A DNA stretch of 64,000 nt, from assembly GCA_041390945.1 (NCBI GenBank), contig JAWKOY010000018.1, forward strand, positions 61,237-125,236, written 5' to 3'. This DNA is from Chloroflexota bacterium (GTDB lineage Bacteria; Chloroflexota; Anaerolineae; Promineifilales; Promineifilaceae). The translations under genes and the position numbers were made by a program. Below the pieces are notes generated by a model. The model did not search any database. It saw only the letters and a list, made by a program, of their open reading frames with translations, and was not told where the DNA came from. How positions within the stretch are numbered: the first letter of the stretch is position 1; every line of letters starts with the position of its first letter. Below, piece after piece: positions 11,506 through 21,679 of this stretch.

Positions 11506-11533
11506 ATTATAGCATTGCTTTTCATAAGATCAA
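11506..11533 (-). promoter_or_regulatory. promoter of xer gene
   Basis: Minus strand TTGATC-N16-TATAAT with TGn extension (TGCTATAAT). Confidence 0.55.
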
Positions 11534-11666
11534 ATGACGCAGTGCAGGAATTCGGGTAAGATTCACGGGTAAGGTGACGCAGGCCGAATTCGTCAAAGTA
11601 TTGCCGGCTTGGTCATCCTTCAACCACAAACCCATATCTTTTCCAAACTGAATTGCAAAGGAGTGA

Positions 11667-13016
11667 ATGCAGATGAGTGAGCATACACCTCAGCGCGTGC
11701 TGATTGCCGGAGCCGCCGGCCGCGACTTCCATGACTTCAACACTTTCTTCCGGGAAAACGAGGATTATCAGGTTGTTGCGTTCACCGCGACCCAGATTCC
11801 CAATATCGAAGATCGTCGTTACCCACCTTCTTTATCGGGATCATTGTACCCGGACGGTATTCAAATTTACCCTGAATCCGAGCTGGAACAGTTGATTCGC
11901 GAGCACGACATTGACGATGTTGTATTTTCCTACTCGGATGTTTCGCATGAGTATGTCATGCACCTGGCTTCACGCGTATTGGCAGCCGGGGCGGGATTCC
12001 GCTTTCTAAGCCCGCAGAGCACCATGGTCAAGTCCACCAGACCGATCGTGTCCATCGGCGCTGTTCGCACGGGAAGCGGCAAGAGCCAGACATCGCGCCG
12101 CGTTCTGGATATCCTCAAGGATGATTTGGGCTACGAACGAGTTGTCGCCATTCGTCATCCCATGCCCTACGGGAATCTGGCAGAGCAGGCGGTGCAGCGG
12201 TTTGCCACTTACGAGGACATGGACCGTCACCACTGCACCATCGAGGAACGCGAGGAGTACGAACCGTATATTGACCGTGGTGCTGTCATTTATGCCGGGG
12301 TGGATTACGAGGCGATTCTTCGGCAGGCAGAGCAAGAAGCGGACATCATCATCTGGGACGGCGGGAACAACGACGTGCCCTTCTATGCCTCAGATTATCA
12401 TATCGTCGTCGTGGACCCCCACCGGCCGGGTCACGAACTACGCTACCATCCGGGAGAGACCAATCTGCGAATGGCCGATGTGGTGGTCATCAACAAGGTC
12501 GACACGGCCGAAAATGAGAACATCAATATCGTCCAAAACAACGTGCGTTTGGTGAACCGGGCGGCCATTATTGTGCGCGCTGCCTCGCCACTGTTTGTTG
12601 AGGATCCTGAAGCTATCCAGGGACAGCGGGTACTGGTTGTTGAGGACGGCCCAACCCTGACCCACGGCGAGATGGCCTACGGTGCCGGCGTCGTGGCTGC
12701 CTGGAAGGCAATTTAAAGCGCGGCCGAAATTATTGATCCTCGCCCCTATGCGGTGCGCAGCATTGCTGACACATACCGCAAGTATCCCTTCGACCGGCAC
12801 AGTTCTCCCCGCCATGGGCTGGTGAAGCCCAGATGGCCGACTGCAGAGACGATTAACAACACACCGGCCGATCTGTGCTCGTTGCCCTCCGGTGATCTGG
12901 CAAAGCTGATTGATATTCAGAAGCCCAGCCAGCGCGTCCGCGCTATGAGTTGCAAATTGGCCGTCCGTCTTTGTTTGGAATTGCTAACCAGCCAATTTGG
13001 TCGCAAGGCCGGGTAA
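11667..13016 (+). CDS. cyclic 2,3-diphosphoglycerate synthetase-family P-loop ligase, possible arginine synthetase ArcE (frameshifted at 3' end)
   Basis: GAAGRDFHDFN, RTGSGKS, RHPMPYG, CTIEEREEYE, WDGGNND, VEDGPTLTHG. Confidence 0.8.
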
Positions 13017-13030
13017 CCGGAGCGCGGACC

Positions 13031-13697
13031 TCAGCTTTCAGCGTCAATACGAAACGGCGCAAAACTGGGCGGTGCTCCAGAAACACAGGCCGTGGGTATG
13101 GATGGCCGCCACCATGTGGGCGGCCGTCCCTGCCCCTTGTGCCACCGCCGACCATATTCCGGGTAAGCTAACTCCATCTGCTGCATGTGGTGATCCCGGC
13201 TGACCTTGGCCAGGGATTGAGGCGGCGGCGATGCTTTGAGACTCTGGCTGTCGCCCGGATAATGCCAGGGGTTGGCGGTAGTCCCGCGGCGGATTTTGAC
13301 AATCTATCAGGGCTGCCTGTGCGGCGGGGACTAATCGGTCCAGGGCGCGCTCCATGCCAGAACGGTCGCTCCAATGATGCCCAATCGATCTATTTCCTGA
13401 GCACTGCTATAACCGATCCCGGACGTGACGGCGTGTTGGCTGATGAGGGGGAACGAAGTTTCCCGGCGTGAGCATTGAGGAGCTTGGGCATTTACTGATC
13501 AGTGTTTGGGTGATTGTCACATCATCCAGCAGCAGGATCACCGCCGCAGCGTAAACCGGCCCGGCTAGCGCGCCGCGACCGGCTTCATCCAGACCGGCCA
13601 CCGCCGTGACGGCCGTTGTCCGGGCAAACGCCTGTTCCGGTTGGATCGTGGGGGACGGGCGCTGGCGCACAGTGAGGTTACTGGGTTTTTCCGGCAA
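13031..13697 (-). CDS. rnhB: ribonuclease HII (several frameshifts)
   Basis: AGLDEAGRGALAGPVYAAAVIL, SIAAASI, and a C-terminal ...SFAP element recovered across frames. Confidence 0.85.
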
Positions 13698-14442
13698 TCG
13701 GGGTTGGCTCAGGTTGGGTTGTGTAGCGGCCGTTCCAGCCGTTCATACGGATGCGCAGCACTTCGCGGATCATGTTGATGGTGTCGCGTACGGGGCTGAT
13801 GCGACTGTTAGCCCCGTAGTACCGATACCTGGGAATTTCCCACGACGCGGTAACCGCGTTGCAGGGCAATGAACAGTAGCTCCACATCAGATGCCCAGCC
13901 GTCAATTGTCTGGTAGGGCACAGGATGTCCAGCGCCGCTTCCCGCCGGAAGCGCCGCCCGCACTGCGTATCCTCAAATCCGGGAATTGCCAGGACTGACG
14001 TAGAAGTTGAACACCCGGCCCTTGAAATGCCGGTATTCCGGAGTTCGTTATAACGGACGGCCCCTTCCGCCTCGCGGCTGCCGTTGCGACGTCATTGCCG
14101 CACTTAGTTGTGGCGGCAGGACGAGCGACTTCTTCCACCGGCATGGAGAAATCGGCATCAGCCATGAACAGGTATTCGCCCTGCGCGGCCAGCATACCGG
14201 TGCGAACGGCCGCCCCTTACCACGGGTTTCTTCGTCAACGTGACGCGAATGAATGGGTATTGGGCAGCAGTCGAGCAATTTCCGGGTAGCGTCCTGGCTG
14301 TTGTTGTTGACGATGATCCTCCCGGATGCGGAAATCCTGGCTTTCGACAAATGCAATCACACCGACGGCATCGTGCGAGGCAATCGTTCCCGCTTCGTTA
14401 TAGGCGGGATGATGAGGCTTGGAGCGGTGTACTCGTGGTCAT
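13678..14442 (-). CDS. polyprenol-phosphate glycosyltransferase (GT2, DPG synthase-like), heavily frameshifted
   Basis: Fragments IIVNNNSQDAT, RGKG, MLAAQGEYLFMADADFSMPVEE, SRISPVRDTINM. Confidence 0.75.
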
Positions 14443-15503
14443 GTTGATCTTTTCGGTTCTTGCCGGTATCAGGCAACACCCACCAGATGCTCCCCAAGCG
14501 TGCAAACCTCGAGTATCTTACCTACCGCCGGAACCAGGGGTCAACCTGCGTTAGGCGTGCCGTTCCAAGGTACAGAATGTTAACCGTCCGGTTTTGTTGA
14601 ATCGTGTGACGCTGTGGGAGCATCCGGGCCAGACCCAAAATTCCGGCCAGTTGTCCCCACCTTGGCGTGCCCCACGTGCGGCCTCGCCGCGCGGGCCGGA
14701 CAGCGATCCCGGCTGAGGCGCAACTGGGCGCTGAGAATCTGGGGCCAGTGCTGCTTCAGGGTTCAGAGGGTAATTCTTCCAGATCAGGTAGGCAGGAAAT
14801 TTCGGCCATCGTAGTAGCTGCTTGGTGGCACTGCCGCCGGAGGCTTCAGGCTTACAATGGTAGACAACTGCTTCCAGTACGTACAGGACCTGCCAGTCAG
14901 CGGTTAAGGCGCGGGGCTAAGATCCACGTCCTCATAGGAGAAGTAAACGGTCATCAAGGAAGCCAATCTTATCCAGCATGTCCCGATAAGCGGCCGCTGC
15001 CCACGAGCGCGAAGACATACTCCGTTTGTCGTATTGACCAGTCAACTACTCTGCCATATGCCCCGGTTGCCCGGGTATTCCGTCCACCATTCAATCGCCA
15101 GCGCGGTGAAAGCGCCGTGCGGTGTCAAGAGCAGTAGTTTGCTGGCGACAACGCCAGCGCCTCGGGTGGTCGAAACGCTGTGATAATGGCTTCAACCACC
15201 CTGGATCCGTTTCTGTATCGTTGTTGAGAACGAGGATGATGGTGTCGCCCTGAGCAACTGCATATCCGGCGTTACCGGGCCCCGGTAAACCCGGTTTTCG
15301 CCCAGCGCGACAACCCGCACATCGGGGTAATTCTCCTGCAGGAAGGCGAGCGACCCATCAGTTGAGCCGTTGTCGGCGACGATCTGCCTCAAAGTCCGGA
15401 CTGTCTGGGCCTGAAGGGAATCCAGATGAACGCCAGGTGATGACAACCGTTCCAGTTCGGGATGATGATGGGCCGCAAGGGGGTGGCCGGCAAGGTCCTG
15501 CAT
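14439..15503 (-). CDS. GT2 glycosyltransferase (rhamnosyltransferase-like), heavily frameshifted; 3' end approximate
   Basis: IIIPNWNG, IVADNGSTDGS, VRVVALGEN, LNNDT fragments; lies downstream of rfbD. Confidence 0.7.
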
Positions 15504-15506
15504 TGC

Positions 15507-16344
15507 TTACCCGGTCGTTTCGGTCGCCAGGTATTCAGCCACTGCATCTTGCCAGGGACGCAAGGTGATACCGATAGCCGCGCCGTTCATGTGAAGTGCC
15601 CCAAAGGGAGGCGGCGAAGACGGCAATCCGAAAGCTGCTGCTGAGGATGGGTATTTGCGCACCGAATCCACCAGCTCGGCGCAGCGCAGAATCTCATTCG
15701 CGAAAGGCCGGGAGCACGCTCCGGCGTTGGTGAAATGGTAAGTGCCGAACTGCCCTGTTTCGATCAGTTGGCCGATGGCCGCCGCCAGATCGTTGACATA
15801 CGTCGGATTTCCCACCTCATCCGTAACCACGCGCACTTCGCCGGTTTCCGCGCCCGGCGCAGAATGGCATGAATGAAGTTGCGGCCGCCGTGGGCGGTGA
15901 CGGTGCCGATGTAGTGGGTGGGCAGCGTTGACCGGACGTGGGTTTCGGCCGCTGCCTTGGAACGGCCGTAAAGAGTTGCGCGGACAGAGAGGCATCCATT
16001 CCTCATAGCCGGTAGTGAGTTCGCCACTGAATACTTCGTTGGTGCTGACATGGACCATCTTCGCACCAACGACAGCAGGCGGGGGCCACGTTGTGGGTTC
16101 CCTGGGCATTGACCCGATGGGCCAGTTCCGGATCGCGCGCGCAGCCCATTACGGTATAGGCGGCGCAGTGGATCACCACATCCGGAGCGGTATGGAATTC
16201 AACGGCCGATACCACCGTCTGGGCGAAGTCCGTAATATCCGCCCGAACGGAAGTCAAAGAAAACAGTCACAGTTCGTGCTGGGTCAGGGACTGTGAAAGT
16301 GCGGTCCCCAACTGCCCGCGACTTCCGGTAATCAGAATTTTCAT
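15507..16344 (-). CDS. rfbD: dTDP-4-dehydrorhamnose reductase (frameshifted)
   Basis: MKILITGSRGQLG, PDVVIHCAAYT, VHVSTNEVFSG, YGRSKAAAE, DEVGNPTYVNDLA. Confidence 0.88.
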
Positions 16345-16546
16345 CGTTGCTAATTATTGAGTGCGCTGCGCGTCTGTCAATGGTGGGTAGAGGTTTAGCG
16401 GGATGCCGTTGAACGGCCCGGCGTATGACCGATTAACAAGGTATCCACCAAGCTCACGATTGTTTTCTGCAACAGCTTTATCTTCACAATTCAATGGCGA
16501 TGCCTCGTCGTTCGTGCTAGCACATCACTGAAACCATTATGGTCAA

Positions 16547-17648
16547 TTGGCAAGAGCACGTCCCATGGTTGAAATCGCCGGTAACATGCACATTCACACC
16601 CGGTACTCCGACGGCGAGCAGTGGCATGACACCGCGGGAAGCCATCGCTGCCGGGTTGGATTTCATCATCGTCACCGACCACAACGTCTGGGTGCGCGGC
16701 GTCGAAGGTTTACTACCAGACCGACAACGGCCGTGTGCTGCTGCTGACTGGCGAAGAAGTCCACAACGTGCGCCGCCAGCCGCAAGCCTCCCATCTGCTG
16801 GCCTATGGGGCAAGGGAAGAGTTGTCCCCTATGCGGCCGATCCCCAGCAACTGATCAGCGAAACGCTAACCGGCGGGCTACTGCTTTCTGGCGCATCCCC
16901 ACGAACGCGATCTGGACTGATTAATTCGCCCGACCTCGGCTGGCATGACTGGGAGATCGAGGGTACCGGTCTGGAGATCTTGGAACTATATGTCCAGTGT
17001 CAAGAACGCGGTCGCCAACCATCTGGAGCAATCGTCTATCAGAACAAACTGATCGCCAGCATTGTCAGCCTGCGCATGGCCCTACGCCCGGAAACGGCCG
17101 TACTGGGGCCGGAGCCGGAAACGCTGAAGCTGTGGGACGGTTTCTGGCGACCGGCATGCGTGGCGGCCGTGGGTAACGCGGATGCCCATGCAACGCCGAT
17201 GCGGCTTGGTCCGATTGAACGGATTATCTACCCGTATGAATTTCTCTTTCGCGCAGTAAATACCCACCTGTTGATCCCGCGCGAGTTAAACGGTGACATT
17301 GAGCATGACCGGGCCTTAATCCTGCGCGCGATCGGCCGTGGGCATAGCTGGGTGGGTTACGATATGCCTCATCCGACCAGGGGCTTTCGCTATACGGTGC
17401 AGGGGGAACGACGGGGCCACATGGGGGATGAGATGGTGCTAGGCACAGGCGCGACCATCCAAATCAGCACGCCGGCCCGCTGCCATATCCGGCTCATTCG
17501 GCATGGGGAAGTCGTCGCCGAAGCAGAACGGGCCACCAATCTGGCCTACATTCCCACGGAACCCGGCGCGTATCGGGTCGAGTGTTTGATCGAGTATGAA
17601 GGCCGTGAGCGAGGCTGGATTTACAGCAATCCCATTTACCTCCGTTAA
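16547..17648 (+). CDS. PHP-domain (CehA/McbA-like) metallohydrolase (frameshifted)
   Basis: GNMHIHTRYSDG, GLDFIIVTDHN, GNADAH, YRVE...WIYSNPIY. Confidence 0.8.
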
Positions 17649-17669
17649 TATCCGCATATTTTAGCCTGA

Positions 17670-19064
17670 CTACGGTTGCAAACTGGCCTGGGTCAGAATT
17701 CCCCGGCCAATCGTTTCAGCCGTGCCAACTTCTTCCGGTTGCTCCAAAACCACCACCGCCACGTAGCGCGGACTCACGGAGGGCGTAACCCCCACATACC
17801 ATTCATTCACCTGCCCGTTGGGGGCAGAGACAACCGGAACGGAAAAGCCGCTAATCGTGTCCTCCTGCGGGAGGACCTGCCGTACCCGGTATGCCGTTTC
17901 GCCGGAAAAGACAGCGCCTGTCGTTGATTGAGTTGGATCCACTATACCCCATTGCCCTGCCGGCTGTTGGACCGCATCCACCAATCTTGGCTGTGGCAAG
18001 GTCCCGGAACCGGCCAGGGCTCCATAGGCCAAGGCCGCCTGCAACGGTGAAATCGTCAACGTCCCCTGGCCTAGCCCGGCTTCGGCCGCATCTGTAATAA
18101 CTACCTCGTCCGTTTCGGCCGTAGGAATAGGGATCTCCGGTGCAGTCGTCAAGCCCAGTGCCCGGAATGCGTCCGCGAGATTGTCAGCGCCCATGAGTTC
18201 CCCCAGATCGGCCGCTGCGCCGGGGCATAGACCCCGGACGGCATCAAACCAATCGGCCGTCTCACCTTCCGGTGGGTTCAGGCAACGCTCTGTCAGGCCG
18301 TCCACCTCGACAAGCCGGTTGACCTCGGCCACAGTATCTAGAGGATCGATGATACCGTCGGTAACGGCCGACGCTGTTAGCAGGGGAAAGAGAATCAGGC
18401 CCGGTTGGTAGCTCCCCTGCGTTGCCCGGTTGAAGAATGAAATATCCTCACCCGCTGCCAGGGCTTCGAACAGGGCGTCGAGTTCGGCCGGATCGTACCA
18501 GGGCTGGCTGACCATGGCCCGAATGTCGGCCGTGGGCTGCTCGTCGGCACCCCCCAGTTCAATCAGGACCAGGGCTCCCTGTTGATCGCGCATAAGTTGA
18601 GTGGCCGCCTGCTGGAGTGTGGCGTCAAGGGTCATGCGCACGTTCCGGCCGGAGGGTGGGATATGCAGCAGTTCATTCAGTGTGCTTTCGGCCGAACTGA
18701 TATCGGCGCCGCGCAGGATCGTGTCGTAAGACTCTTCAATGCCGGAGGCGCCATACCGCAAACTGTAATAGCCTACGGCCGGTCCGGATTCGGTCAGCGG
18801 ATAGAGGCGTTCCTGTTGATTGGCCGGCCCTCCGTTTTCGGCCAGGACGACATTGTTGCGGTCAAGGATGCTGCCGCGCTGGACACGGTATTCGGCTTCC
18901 AGACCACGAGGATTGTCCGGACGCTCGGCCAGGACTTCAGTACGTACAACGGACCAGTACGCCAGCGCCAGAGCGACTGCGCCAAACAGGATCAGGATCG
19001 CCAGCAGTAGATAGGTGAGGCGTTGGGCAATGGCCGCCTCGCTGTATTTCTCGCGTCCAATCAT
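17670..19064 (-). CDS. PbpA-like class B penicillin-binding protein lacking SxxK/SxN/KTG motifs
   Basis: TM, DNPR...RGSILDRN, RLYP, GIEESYD, MTLDATLQ, NRATQGSYQPG, GQGTLTISPLQ, WYVG; catalytic motifs replaced. Confidence 0.85.
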   Translation of the reverse strand: MIGREKYSEAAIAQRLTYLLLAILILFGAVALALAYWSVVRTEVLAERPDNPRGLEAEYRVQRGSILDRNNVVLAENGGPANQQERLYPLTESGPAVGYYSLRYGASGIEESYDTILRGADISSAESTLNELLHIPPSGRNVRMTLDATLQQAATQLMRDQQGALVLIELGGADEQPTADIRAMVSQPWYDPAELDALFEALAAGEDISFFNRATQGSYQPGLILFPLLTASAVTDGIIDPLDTVAEVNRLVEVDGLTERCLNPPEGETADWFDAVRGLCPGAAADLGELMGADNLADAFRALGLTTAPEIPIPTAETDEVVITDAAEAGLGQGTLTISPLQAALAYGALAGSGTLPQPRLVDAVQQPAGQWGIVDPTQSTTGAVFSGETAYRVRQVLPQEDTISGFSVPVVSAPNGQVNEWYVGVTPSVSPRYVAVVVLEQPEEVGTAETIGRGILTQASLQP

Positions 19065-20453
19065 GAACCGGATTCGGATTCGGCCGACAGGTAGAGAAGC
19101 AGCCCGATGAGGATGAAGCTAATTAGAAGCGAGCTGCCGCCATAGCTGACAAACGGCAGGGTGACGCCTGTCAGGGGCAACAACTTGGTGACGCCCCCCA
19201 TGATCAACAGGCTCTGGGCCGTCATCAGCACGGTCACTCCGGTCGCCAGATAGGCATAGAAGTGGCGTGGCGGACGGCCGCTGATGGCTCCCAGTGCGCT
19301 GCGAATACCGCGCTGGGCGAGAATGGCGAAACACCCAACCACTGCAATTGCCCCGATAAGCCCCCACTCTTCGCCAATAGCGGCAAAGGCAAAGTCGGAA
19401 TGAACGACAGGGATATAGTCGGGGAAGCCCTGTCCGATTCCCTGTCCCAGTAGCTTGCCCGCGCCGAGCGCATAAAGCGACTGAACAACCTGGTACGCCT
19501 GGTCATTGGCCTGGGGCCAGGGATTCAACCAGGTGGTTACCCGTGGACCGACCACATCGCCAAAGGCGATATAGGCAAAGACGCTGGCTACTCCCAGCAG
19601 GAGCAAGCCGCCGATCACATAACTTTTTCTGACCTGTCGCTACATAGAGCAAGGCCAGAAACAGGATGAAGAACAACGACGCCGCGCCAAGGTCTTCCTG
19701 CCAGACGAGCAGTACCATGCAGAAACCCCACACCAGCAGGAGTGGCCCCAGGAACGGCGCATTCGCCGCGATTCGCTCTAACAGGGTTCGGTTGGATCGT
19801 TTTGCCGCCGGATTCCTGTAGCGTAGTTGAGGCTCACGTTCGGTGAAGTAACTGGCGAAGAAGATGACCATGATCACTTTCAGCAGTTCCGACGGCTGGA
19901 AGTAAATGCGTGTTTCGATAAAGGGAATTGGGATCGGCAACCAGAGACGTGCACCGCCCCCGGACGGGTTGACCCCGAACAATAAGGTCATTGCCAGGAG
20001 GGCAAGGCTAATGGTGAGCAGGGTATAGCGGTATCGGATGAGGGGCATCAGGGAACGGGGCCAGACCGCAATAACAATGGACACTGCATAGGCCAAGACT
20101 ACCCACAACACCTGCCGCCCCAGGAAGTTGGGTGCCAGCCGGTCAATTAACAGAAGCCCCCAGCCGCTGAGCAGTGCCGCAATCGGTAATAGAAACGGGT
20201 CACGCGCGGGTTTGAGATAGCGGAGACAAAGGTGAAATCCAAGGGTAGCGAGCAGCCAGACAAGAAGCGGCCAGAGGTGCGGCCAAGTCAGTTCACCGGC
20301 TTCAACCAGACTGAAGGCCAGCCCATTTACAAAGATAAAGACGGCCGCAAATGCCAGCAGCATTAACTCGGTCCGGTCGCGCTTCCCTTCGCGCTCCCGC
20401 CGCAGGACCAACCCTCTATCTTCCCACAGGGCAACTGCACGACTCAACCCCAT
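19061..20453 (-). CDS. rodA: FtsW/RodA/SpoVE (SEDS) protein (frameshift near 19622)
   Basis: ARLWL, FQPSELLK, QEDLG, WLNPW, YQVVQS, HSDFAFAAIGEEWG, PLTGVTLPFVSYGGSS. Confidence 0.9.
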
Positions 20454-20479
20454 AAACAATACCCTATTAACCGGGCCGG

Positions 20480-21349
20480 TCAGTCGAGGTAGCGACCGGA
20501 AATGGCTTCCCTGTCGACCTTTGCCTGCTCCGGTATATATGCCGGATCGGTAATGAGTGCATTTTCCAAAGCATGATGGGCCGGGAAGTCTCCCTCCCAT
20601 TGGTCCATGGATTGGACCAGCGCGCTTATCGTCTGATGGGCCACATCACGATTATGGGACAGTGTGCGAATGACCATCTCCACGGTGACTGGTTCTTCAC
20701 TTTCGTGCCAGACGTCATAGTCGGTTACGTGGGCCAGACAGGCATAGGCCATCTCAGCTTCGGCCGCAAGGAATGCCTCCGGGCTGGTCGTCATACCGAT
20801 AATGTCCATATCCCAGGTGCGGAACAGTTCTGATTCTCCTCTGGTGCTGAAGCGTGGCCCCTCGACGGTGATGAAGCTGCCGCCTTCATGTGGCGTGGCA
20901 CCGGCGGCACTTACGGCGTCAGCCAGTGCACGACTCAGTTCCGGTGAGAAGGGTTGGGCAACGCTGACATGAGCCACCAGACCATCGCCAAAGAACGACC
21001 GGTCACGCAGCCCCTTGGTGAAGTCAATGAGTTGATCGGGAATAACAATATCGCCCGGAGCAATAGATTCGCGCAGCGATCCGCAGGCGCTGATGGAGAT
21101 GACATAGCGAACACCGAGCAACTTGAGCGCATACATATTGGCCCGGTAAGGTACTTCCGTTGGCGTTAGCACATGTCCGCGGCCATGTCGTGGCAGGAAC
21201 GCTACACGTCGGCCGTGTAGGGTGCCAATCACGATGTCGTCAGACGGCATCCCAAATGGCGTGGTTACCGATACGGATTCCACGTCGGTCAGTTCTGACA
21301 TTCCGTATACGCCGCTTCCTCCAATAAACGCAAGCTCAATTTCACTCAT
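20480..21349 (-). CDS. mtnP: S-methyl-5'-thioadenosine phosphorylase
   Basis: FIGGSG, TPFGMPSD, RHGRGH, YRAN, EGPRFSTRGES, GMT, TDYDVW. Confidence 0.93.
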   Translation of the reverse strand: MSEIELAFIGGSGVYGMSELTDVESVSVTTPFGMPSDDIVIGTLHGRRVAFLPRHGRGHVLTPTEVPYRANMYALKLLGVRYVISISACGSLRESIAPGDIVIPDQLIDFTKGLRDRSFFGDGLVAHVSVAQPFSPELSRALADAVSAAGATPHEGGSFITVEGPRFSTRGESELFRTWDMDIIGMTTSPEAFLAAEAEMAYACLAHVTDYDVWHESEEPVTVEMVIRTLSHNRDVAHQTISALVQSMDQWEGDFPAHHALENALITDPAYIPEQAKVDREAISGRYLD

Positions 21350-21679
21350 AAGACTCGTCCCTGTTTCAAATTGCTGGTGTTCCGAAGCACGGCAAAATTC
21401 TATTGTCTACCGGGCTCGTTCATAAATAGTGCTTGAGCTTTATATCACATTTACCGACCGGCGTCGTCTGTGAAAAGAGTAAGATCAGCCTGCGTTTAGC
21501 CTATGAGAATTGTGCCTTATGGTATGGGTACGGATTCTCAGTCGGATTATCATTAGTCTTACTGGTGATCTGCCCCCGTTTCTTGTCGCACCCCCATATC
21601 TGGACTATCATAATATGAGGGATTGATAAGCTCCATAGACTATAATTACGGTATCGAATTCCTTGGAGGAGACATCAAG

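Noticed and set aside
21503-21540. Imperfect hairpin TGAGAAT...ATTCTCA in the mtnP/DUF4332 intergenic region as an sRNA or riboswitch
   Set aside because: A single stem with G-U pairs, and no riboswitch consensus (such as SAM) that I can recognise.
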